A DNA stretch of 64,000 nt from Chrysemys picta bellii (Eukaryota), in the NCBI RefSeq assembly GCF_011386835.1, contig NC_088807.1:1116001-1180000 (forward strand), in the 5' to 3' direction. Shown here piece by piece: positions 36,827-46,896 of the stretch. The notes below the pieces were generated by a model. It did no database searches, was not told the origin of the DNA, and saw nothing but the letters and a program-made list of their open reading frames with translations. A program made the translations under genes and the position numbers. Position 1 is the stretch's first letter; each line of letters begins with the position of its first letter.

Positions 36827-37984
36827 GCATAAAGAAAAGAGATACTCCTCTCCTCCCTCCTTGGCCTTTAATGGATCTCTGCTGCTCGGAAATCCCTCTA
36901 CTTGCTTTTAAAGGAAGATACATGGTCTGGGGTCCTTTGCGGCTAGTCGACTTACTCAGCACCTCCAGAGCCTCCATGTGAAAAGGGCTGCACAGCGGTG
37001 GATGTTATCCCCTCTCACAGATAAAACTGCTACCCAGAGTGCAGCGGTGACCTGCCCAAGGAAGGGTCATGGCAAATCCGGGGCAGGGACCGGAGTCCTA
37101 GGCCCAGGTTGAGATGTCCGGCTCTTGCGCCTAGAGACTAACCCGCTCCCTCCTGCCCAGGATACTCAAAGCATTTTACCCCGAGCAGTTTTGCAGGGGG
37201 CGTTGTGCTTTATTGAATAGTTTTTTCCATTGACTGTGCTCCCTGGGGCAAAACTACCACAACGTTGCGTGAGACACTGTTGTCTTGCTCGTCTCTCCTC
37301 CGTCACCTGGCAAAAGAAAATCCGAGGGTTTTAATTAACACTTGTCTTCCTGCTCCTGCTCTTCGCCAGATCCCACAGCCAGAAGGGAGCTTTCTGATCG
37401 GCTGGTCTGACCTGTCTAACCCACCTGCCCTCACTACTGTTGCTTCATCCTTCCCGCCCTGTGCTGCTTTCACTCAGCAAGCTCTTTACCGACAATGTTG
37501 CTGAGTTCTGCCCCTCTCTTCCCCCCCGTGGGGGATACTGCCGTCTCTGCTTCCTGTGCCAAGGGGTAGCATAGCAGTGCTGGTAAGCAACTGCTGTGCC
37601 CCACCCTCCCCTGGGGTTGGGGTGATGGGAGAGGAAGGGATGTATGGAATAGACACACTGCAAAGTGTGTAGGATACTACCCAAGAAGTGTGATGTATGT
37701 TGCAAATACACTATATCAAATGCTCCTACACTGGACCCCTCGGCTGATTTCAGTGCTAACTTCTCTTTCTGGGTGTCTGCACAGGGGGGGAGGGGAGTCC
37801 CCCCACAACCTCATGCAGTGGGGCTGATGGCTCTCGTGCCCCCACCTCCCTGAGACTGACAGCCCATGTGGCAACATCTACACGGCTCCTGTTAGCACAC
37901 CAGCCTGAGTCCTGCGGGCACCCGTCTGTGCTGGGCTCACCCTGCTGCAGTGTGGATGTGTGTCTGAGGGAGTGGGACTAGCGC

Positions 37985-38180
37985 CTGGTGGGGCCTGGGC
38001 TCCGGGGTTCTGCTGGCAGCTGGCCAGGGGCTGGGACTGCTCTCCCCCCCCGGACGCCGGGGTTCTGCTGGCCAGAGGCTGGGACCTGCTCCCCGGACGC
38101 CGGGGTTCTGGGGGCTGGGACCTGCCAGCCCCCGGACACTGGGGTTCTGCTGGCCCCCGGACGCCGGGGTTCCTGTTCCT
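37985..38180 (+). repeat. Imperfect short tandem repeat related to the SINE-head unit, upstream of the AKT2 promoter
   Basis: GGAC(G/A)C(C/T)GGGGTTCT(G) and GGGGCTGGGAC repeated 4-5 times. Confidence 0.6.
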
Positions 38181-38269
38181 ACCATTAGTCCAACACCTCA
38201 CTGTTTGCTGCTCCAAACTCAATTATGCTCTATGGAAATTTATGCAAATCTATGGAGCGGACAGATGGG

Positions 38270-38428
38270 CGGGGCTCTCAGGGGGCCCCGCCCACCAGGG
38301 TTGCTGCGCTGCTAGCGTGCGGACGTGGTAGTCTGAGAGACGCGGCGCAGGCGCACTGGGCCCCAACCCGGCGCAGGCGCAGTGCGGCGCCGCCTGCCGA
38401 TGCCGCTTGGCCGCATGCGCAGCGCGCC
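38270..38428 (+). promoter_or_regulatory. AKT2: CpG-island promoter, probable AKT2 promoter (truncated by assembly gap)
   Basis: Three NRF1-like sites (GCGCAGGCGCA at 38345 and 38371, CGCATGCGCA at 38412) in CpG-dense sequence ~19 kb upstream of the first coding exon. Confidence 0.65.
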
Positions 38429-38438
38429 NNNNNNNNNN
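38429..38438. other. Assembly gap (10 N)
   Basis: Ten N characters between the promoter and the C-rich array; true size unknown. Confidence 0.99.
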
Positions 38439-41400
38439 CCCCCCCACCATGGTACCGCCCGGGCCCCCCTGTTATCACCCCCCCCACACCATGGTACCGC
38501 CCGGGCCCCCCTGTTCATACCCCCCCCACACACCATGGTACCGCCCGGGCCCCCCTGTTCTCACCCCCCCCCCCACCATGGTACCGCCCGGGCCCCCCTG
38601 TTCACCCCCCCCACACACCATGGTACCGCCCGGGCCCCCCTGTTCATACCCCCCACCATGGTACCGCCCGGGCCCCCCTGTCCTCACCCCCCCCCATGGT
38701 ACCGCCCGGGTCCCCCTGTTCATACCCCCCACCATGGTACCGCCCGGGCCCCCTGTTCATACCCCCCCCACACACCATGGTACCGGCCGGGCCCCCCTGT
38801 TCTCACCCCCCCCCACCATGGTACCGCCCGGGCCCCCCTGTTCTCACCCCCCCCCCACCATGGTACCGCCCGGGCCCCCCTGTTCACCCCCCCCCCACAC
38901 CATGGTACCGCCCGGGCCCCCCTGTTCACAACCCCCCCCCACCATGGTACCGCCCGGGCCCCCCTGTTCACAACCCCCCCCACCATGGTACCCGCCCGGG
39001 CCCCCCTGTTCATACCCCCCCCATGGTACCGCCCGGGCCCCCCTGTTCTCACCCCCCCCACACCATGGTACCGCCCGGGCCCCCCTGTTCTCACCCCCCC
39101 CACACCATGGTACCGCCCGGGCCCCCCTGTTCACAACCCCCTCCTCTATGGTACCGCCCGGGCCCCCCTGTTCACACCCCCCCCACACCATGGTACCGCC
39201 CGGGCCCCCCTGTTCACCCCCCCCCACCATGGTACCGCCCGGGCCCCCCTGTTCACCCCCCCACACACCATGGTACCGCCCGGGCCCCCCTGTTCACACC
39301 CCCCCACCATGGTACCGCCCGGGCCCCCCTGTTCACCCCCCACACACACCATGGTACCGCCCGGGCCCCCCTGTTCACCCCCCCCACACACCATGGTACC
39401 GCCCGGGCCCCCCTGTTCATACCCCCCCCCATGGTACCGCCCGGGCCCCCCTGTTCACCCCCCCCACACCATGGTACCGCCCGGGCCCCCCTGTTCATAC
39501 CCCCCCCACCATGGTACCCGCCCGGGCCCCCCTGTTCACCCCCCCCACACCATGGTACCGCCCGGGCCCCCCTGTTCACCCCCCCCACCATGGTACCGCC
39601 CGGGCCCCCCTGTTCACTCCCTCCCACCATGGTACCGCCCGGGCCCCCCCTGTTCATCCCCTCCCACCATGGTACCGCCCGGGCCCCCCTGTCCTCACCC
39701 CCCCCCACCATGGTACCGCCCGGGGCCCCCTGTTCATACCCCCCCCACCATGGTACCGCCCGGGGCCCCCTGTTCATACCCCCCCCCCACCATGGTACCG
39801 CCCGGGCCCCCTGTTCATACCCCCCCCCATGGTACCGCCCGGGTCCCCCTGTTCACCCCCCCCCCCCATGGTACCGCCCGGGTCCCCCTGTTCACCCCCC
39901 CCCCCCACCATGGTACCGCCCGGGCCCCCCTGTTCACCCCCCCCCACCATGGTACCGCCCGGGCCCCCCTGTTCACCCCCTCCCACCATGGTACCGCCCG
40001 GCCCTCCCTGTCCTCACCCCCCCCCATGGTACCGCCCGGGCCCCCCTGTTCACAACCCCCCCCACCATGGTACCGCCCGGGCCCCCCTGTTCAGACCCCC
40101 CCCACCATGGTACCGCCCGGGCCCCCCTGTTCACACCCCCCCCCACCATGGAACCGCCCGGGCCCCCCTGTTCAGACCCCCCCCACCATGGAACCGCCCG
40201 GGCCCCCCTGTTCAGACCCCCCCCCCACCATGGTACCGCCCGGGTCCCCCTGTTCTCACCCCCCCCACCATGGTACCGCCCGGGCCCCCCTGTTCACACA
40301 CCCCCCACCATGGAACCGCCCGGGCCCCCCTGTTCACCCCCTCCCACCATGGTACCCGCCCGGCCCTCCCTGTCCTCACCCCCCCCCATGGTACCGCCCG
40401 GGCCCCCCTGTTCACAACCCCCCCCACCATGGAACCGCCCGGGCCCCCCTGTTCAGACCCCCCCCACCATGGTACCGCCCGGGCCCCCCTGTTCACACAC
40501 CCCCCACCATGGTACCGCCCGGGCCCCCCTGTTCAGACCCCCCCCACCATGGTACCGCCCGGGGCCCCCTGTTCATACCCCCCCCCCACCATGGTACCGC
40601 CCGGGCCCCCTGTTCATACCCCCCCCCATGGTACCGCCCGGGTCCCCCTGTTCACCCCCCCCCCCCATGGTACCGCCCGGGTCCCCCTGTTCACCCCCCC
40701 CCCCCACCATGGTACCGCCCGGGCCCCCCTGTTCACCCCCCCCACCATGGTACCGCCCGGGCCCCCCTGTTCACCCCCTCCCACCATGGTACCGCCCGGC
40801 CCTCCCTGTCCTCACCCCCCCCCATGGTACCGCCCGGGCCCCCCTGTTCACAACCCCCCCCACCATGGTACCGCCCGGGCCCCCCTGTTCAGACCCCCCC
40901 CACCATGGTACCGCCCGGGCCCCCCTGTTCACACACCCCCCACCATGGTACCGCCCGGGCCCCCCTGTTCAGACCCCCCCCACCATGGTACCGCCCGGGC
41001 CCCCCTGTTCACAACCCCCCCCACCATGGAACCGCCCGGGCCCCCCTGTTCAGACCCCCCCCACCATGGAACCGCCCGGGCCCCCCTGTTCAGACCCCCC
41101 CCCCCACCATGGTACCGCCCGGGTCCCCCTGTTCTCACCCCCCCCACCATGGTACCGCCCGGGCCCCCCTGTTCACACACCCCCCACCATGGAACCGCCC
41201 GGGCCCCCCTGTTCACCCCCTCCCACCATGGTACCGCCCGGCCCTCCCTGTCCTCACCCCCCCCCATGGTACCGCCCGGGCCCCCCTGTTCACAACCCCC
41301 CCCACCATGGAACCGCCCGGGCCCCCCTGTTCAGACCCCCCCCACCATGGTACCGCCCGGGCCCCCCTGTTCACACACCCCCCACCATGGTACCGCCCGG

Positions 41401-43260
41401 GCCCCCCTGTTCAGACCCCCCCCCACCATGGTACCGCCCGGGCCCCCCTGTTCACAACCCCCCCCACCATGGAACCGCCCGGGCCCCCCTGTTCAGACCC
41501 CCCCCCACCATGGAACCGCCCGGGCCCCCCTGTTCAGACCCCCCCCCCACCATGGTACCGCCCGGGTCCCCCTGTTCTCACCCCCCCCACCATGGTACCG
41601 CCCGGGCCCCCCCTGTCCTCACCCCCCCCCCCACCATGGTACCGCCCGGGCCCCCCTGTCCTCACCCCCCGCCCCACCATGGTACCGCCCGGGCCCCCCT
41701 GTCCTCACCCCCCCCCCACCATGGTACCGCCCGGGCCCCCCTGTTCACACACCCCCCACCATGGAACCGCCCGGGCCCCCCTGTTCACACACCACACACC
41801 CCCCACCATGGTACCGCCCGGGCCCCCTGTTCACACACCCCCCACCATGGTACCGCCCGGGCCCCCCTGTTCACACACCCCCCACCATGGTACCGCCCGG
41901 GCCCCCCTGTCCTCACCCCCCCCCCCACCATGGTACCGCCCGGGCCCCCCTGTCCTCACCCCCCCCCACCATGGTACCGCCCGGGCCCCCCTGTTCATAA
42001 CCACCCCACCATGGTACCGCCCGGGCCCCCCTGTCCTCACCCCCCCCCCCACCATGGTACCGCCCGGGCCCCCCTGTTCACATACCCCCACCATGGTACC
42101 GCCCGGGCCCCCCGTCCTCACCCCCACACACACCATGGTACCGCCCGGGCCCCCCTGTTCACACCCACCCCCACCATGTTACCGCCCGGGCCCCCCTGTC
42201 CTCACCCCCCCCACCATGGTACCGCCCGGGCCCCCCTGTTCACAACCCCCCCCACCATGGTACCGCCCGGGCCCCCCTGTTCATACCCCCCCCCCCCACC
42301 ATGGTACCGCCCGGGCCCCCCTGTTCATACCCCCCCACCATGGTACCGCCCGGGCCCCCCTGTTCATACCCCCCCCCCCGCCATGGTACCGCCCGGGCCC
42401 CCCTGTTCATCCCCCCACCATGGTACCGCCCGGGCCCCCCTGTTCATCCCCCCACACACCATGGTACCGCCCGGGCCCCCCTGTCCTCACCCCCCCACCA
42501 TGGCACAGCCCGGGTCCCCCTGTTCATACCCCCCCCCCACCATGGCACAGCCCGGGTCCCCCTGTTCATACCCCCCCCCCACGATGGTACCGCCCGGGCC
42601 CCCCTGTTCATACCCCCCCCCCCCACCATGGTACCGCCCGGGCCCCCCTGTTCATACCCCCCCACCATGGTACCGCCCGGGCCCCCCTGTTCATACCCCC
42701 CCCCCGCCATGGTACCGCCCGGGCCCCCCTGTTCATCCCCCCACCATGGTACCGCCCGGGCCCCCCTGTTCATCCCCCCACACACCATGGTACCGCCCGG
42801 GCCCCCCTGTCCTCACCCCCCCACCATGGCACAGCCCGGGTCCCCCTGTTCATACCCCCCCCCCACGATGGTACCGCCCGGGCCCCCCTGTTCACACCCC
42901 CCCACGATGGTACCGCCCGGGCCCCCCTGTTCACAACCCCCCCCACCATGGTACCGCCCGGGCCCCCCTGTTCACAACCCCCCCCACCATGGTACCGCCC
43001 GGGCCCCCCTGTTCACAACCCCCCCCACCATGGTACCCGCCCGGGCCCCCCTGTTCACACACCCCCACACACCATGGTACAGCCCGGGCCCCCCTGTTCA
43101 CCCCCCACACACACCATGGTACTGCCTGGGCCCCCCTGTTCACACCCCCCCCACCATGGTACAGCCCGGGCCCCCGTGTCCTCACCCCCCCCCCCCATGG
43201 TACCGCCCGGGTCCCCTGACCGACCGCTCTCCCCCCCCCCCCATGGTACTTCCCAGATCC
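38439..43260 (+). repeat. C-rich tandem array (VNTR), unit 37-44 bp, roughly 120 copies, 5' end of AKT2 (probably intron 1)
   Basis: Conserved core ATGGTACCGCCCGGGCCCCCCTGTTC plus a variable linker and C-run. ATG anchors at 38449, 38491, 38535, 38578, 38620, 38658, 38696. Degenerate copies continue to ~43380. Confidence 0.98.
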
Positions 43261-43439
43261 CCCCCGCCCCGCCATGGTCCTAGCCGGGATCTCCCTGCCC
43301 GCCCTGGGATGGTATCGGCGGGACACCCCCACCCCCCCCCGCGCACCCCGTTCCCCCTCTCCCGATGGAACCGGCCAGACCCCTCGGGGCACCGAACCCC
43401 GTGGTGCGGGGGGTCCCCCAGGGGGTGCTGCGGGCCTGG

Positions 43440-43660
43440 GGGTCTCCCTGGAGTGGGGGCCGGGCCTGGGGGGGTCTGTCCCCCGGGCTGTGGGGGGGCC
43501 GGGCTGGCGGGTCTGTCCCCCGGGCTGTGGGGGGGCCGGGCTGGGGGGTCTGTCCCCCGGGCTGGGGGGGGGGACAGGGGGGTCTGTCCCCCGGGCTGTG
43601 GGGGGGCCGGGCTGGGGTCTCTCCCTGCAGTGGGGGCCGGGCTGGGGTGTCTCCCTGGAA
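43440..43660 (+). repeat. Short G-rich imperfect tandem repeat (~37 bp, 3-5 copies)
   Basis: GGGTCTGTCCCCCGGGCTGTGGGGGGGCCGGGCT repeated. Confidence 0.8.
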
Positions 43661-45484
43661 GGCTCAGCAGGGAACTTGGGGTTTCTCTGTCCAGGGGAGG
43701 GTTTGGGGGAGGGGGCTCTGGTATGTGATTCTGTTCTCCAGGGCCCCTCAGGGCTCTGCGTCGGCCCCCGCTCCCCTGCGCCGTCCCCCTTCTCCAGCGC
43801 CCAGACGCCACTTTCTCTTGTGCTGCTGGATGTCCTGCTAGCTCGGGGCTAGAGTGTCCCCCAGTCCCAGACACGCTCAGGCACCTGCCTCCCCAGATCT
43901 CCTTTGAAATCTCACCGGCTGCTACAAAGCGTGGGGGCCCTGGGGAAGGGCCTATCCTGTTAGGAATGTGTGGTACGAAGCTGTCCCAGTGCTTTCACCC
44001 TTTGTGCTTTACGGACACGGTGTCTTCTCCTCGTGGAGAATCCCCGTGTAACTTAGACTCCGAAACGCTAAGAGAATGTCACTAAAACTTCTTTGAAAGC
44101 ATCTGCTCCTTGCCGTTTTATCCACAGGACAGGATGTAGGACGTGGTAGAGATGCAAATCTTTGAAACTAATGTTTGGCTTCTGTTTTTCATTGCCACTT
44201 GAAAACCATAAACACTTAAAAATGCATCCAAACTGTGCAAGTTGTAAGACTGTATTTTTATCTCTGCATGCCAGTGACAGGGCTGAAAACCACTTGCTCT
44301 TCACTCTTGTGGCTTCTTTCTTGTCATCAGAATCCCTCGATAGCAAATATGGTTTGCTGTCAATATGGGAAAGCTGTGTAATAAACGAGGCAATATACTA
44401 AAAATAACTCAGAATCCCGTTCGGGGCTTTGAAAACACACTTGTCTGCTTGCTTACAGGCAAGTTAAAATTGGCGAGTGGGCAGTTGATGTTCTGGTTGT
44501 TCCCATCTTATGTGTGTGCTTTGGGCAGCAGGTGCAGTCTTGCTCTGCGTTGTACATAAGGTTGTGTTAGAAATCCCAGCTTGTGTTGGCATTGAAAAAT
44601 ACAGAAAAGCAGATTTCCATAGGCCTTAAAATATGAAGGGGGTTAAGTTAATACTGAGCTTTTAATCTTAGCTTCCTGGAACTCGCCTGCTTGGATTTTC
44701 CACTCTCGAAATGTTTTAACGCTATCACTTGTGTCGGCACTTGGATTTGGTTAGAGCTGAGGTCAGAGCTCCATTGTGCTGGACAGACCCTGTCTCAAAC
44801 AGCTGACAGGCTAAGACAAGATGGACCCAGGGCGCAAGAACGGTTAAATAACTTCTCAGCTGAGGTTTCAGCAGGTCAGTGGCAGCTCTGGGAACAGGAG
44901 CAAGGTTCTCTGAATGCTGGTCCAGCGTTGCCACCAGTGGACTGCACTGCCTCCAGTATTAACTATGTCCATCTGTCCGCTCTGAAGGCAATGACTTCAG
45001 TGGGGCGCTTTTGAGCAAAATGCTCGTTTTTCAGTGTTTGCAGCGTGGTAAAAACACCGCTCTCTGGATAATTATTCAGCCTTCGGGTTTGCAGGCTGGA
45101 GTTGCAAGGGGGGAAGGAGGTGAAGTGCGATCTTGCGGAGAGGCGAATTTCAGGCTACGGGGCTGTTTGTGTGGGGAAGAGGCTCTCCTTTGCCAGATGC
45201 AGTGTCTGCCCCAAATTTAGTCAAGGGTCAGTTGTAAGCAATTAAGGTTGTTTGCTTTTCATTCAAGACTGTCCCCTTCCAGTGGGAGCTGAGTGTGTAA
45301 CCAGAGCTGGCCTGGTGAGAAACGGGCAGGAATGTAAGAGGGGATTCTCGGCTTTCCACTGGAACAGGTAAAACTGTTGGAATATGTACAGCTTCTTCAT
45401 GGTCATTTTACTAATGCTCACCTCCCCGCGCGCCTCCTGAAGCATGGCAGCCATCCAGAAAATGAGTCTGGGCTAATAGAACAG

Positions 45485-45665
45485 TGACTGGAAATCAGGA
45501 CTCCTGGGTCCTCTCCCCGGCTCTGGGAGAGAGTGGGGTCTAATGGTTAGAGCAGGGGGCTGGGAGCCAGGATTCCTGGGTCCTCTCCCCGGCTCTGGGA
45601 GGGGAGTGAAGTCTAATGGTTAGATGGTGAAGTGTAATGGCCAGGACTCCTGGGTTCTGTTTCCG
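45485..45665 (+). repeat. Same SINE-head-like tandem unit, forward orientation (~73 bp, ~2.5 copies)
   Basis: CAGGA(C/T)TCCTGGGT at 45496, 45568 and 45642, with ATGGTTAGAGCA. Confidence 0.75.
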
Positions 45666-46652
45666 GCTGTGCCATTGATTTGATTTGCCCAAGGTCACAC
45701 AGCTTGTCCCATCTTAATTTTACCATCGGGGGTTAATGTCTGCCTCCCAAGGAGAGGTGCATGGCTTGCTTAATGTGTGGAAAGCTGTGAGATCCTCTTG
45801 ACAGGAGGGCTGTAGAAAGGCCATGTGCTGTGATTACTTATTACCATTAAAGAGCGGATCACCGGGGAACCTGCCGAGAAGCTACAGATCTTGGGCAGAA
45901 AGAGCACTGAGCCAAAGGAAGATTTGTAATGAAAGATGTTTCTGTCTGGAGAACAGAAATGTGCTTTAATCAGAGAACAGGTTCAAGGTCAGATGACGAC
46001 ATTTTTCAGAAATGTTCCCTGTTGCAGCGTGGAGGCACTTGTGATCAATTTGGGGCCAGAACTGCTCAGCAGACTTGGCGATTAGGGTGGGTGAATTTTC
46101 AGGACAAGGAGTAACTGGGAAAATAGACCCTCCCTTTATAAATGATGCACTTTGTTCATAGGAACTTTGTGCAGGTTTGTGCACAGGGTCTTTTCCAAAT
46201 ACCTGTCCTGCCCTGCATTCTGCGTCCCAGCCTGCACGTGCGGTGTGGTCTGAACTAGCCGGTTAGTGACGCTCTGTAGGAGCATTGTCTTTCCACGGCT
46301 TCTCCTTGTGTGGTAGGAATTGTACCTACCGTTATCTGTCAGCGGGATACCAAGCCAGTGCCTGTGAGGCATCCCCATCTCCACGGCTCGGGATGTGATC
46401 AGGAAGTGATCACAGAGATTGGAACGGCGGCGCAGAGACATGCGGTCGGGTTAGCGGGGTGATCCGCTTGGGGCAGTTCAGTGGTCGTTTTGTTCAGCGC
46501 TGTTCGAAGGGAGAGCAGTGGATGGTCTGTTTCCGGTGGAAGTCCCTTTATCTGACGGGCTGGCGCAGGAGGAGGCAGTGTGTTAATGGTCCGGAGAAGC
46601 TGGCATAGAAAACAAACTTGTCCTGTGATGTGGCCAGTCAGAAGTGACACGT

Positions 46653-46896
46653 GGCGCTTGTCTAGACTTGAAACCCTGCGGCAGCACAGCGGTGATGGGA
46701 GGGCTTCTCCCATGGTCATAGAAAGTCCACCTCCCCGCAAGGCGGGAGCTAGGTCAGTAGAAGAATTCTTCCGTTGACCTGGTGCGGTCTACACTGGGGC
46801 GTAGGTCGGCTTCCCTACATCCTTGAGGGGTGTGGATTTTTTATACCCCCAAGCGACAGCGCTCGCTCAACTCAACGTTTGAGTGTAGACCTGGCC
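46653..46896. mobile_element. Older Harbinger-type MITE in AKT2 intron 1
   Basis: The 3' end AGTGTAGACCTGGCC (46882..46896) is the exact reverse complement of the 5' TIR of the 2839 element. The 5' end is degenerate (GCTTGTCTAGACT), with an internal GTCTACACT. Confidence 0.65.

Noticed and set aside
38439-43260. CRISPR-like repeat-spacer array (constant palindromic core plus variable part)
   Set aside because: The variable parts are short C-runs with a few recurring linker variants, not unique spacers. There are no cas genes, and the context is a vertebrate gene.
38225-43728. 1664-, 1633-, 1197- and 475-aa Pro-rich ORFs as an extensin/mucin-like gene
   Set aside because: They are translations of one tandem repeat in all three frames, and three of them cross the N gap. 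Stop-free reading follows from C-rich composition, and frames depend on homopolymer lengths that are error-prone.
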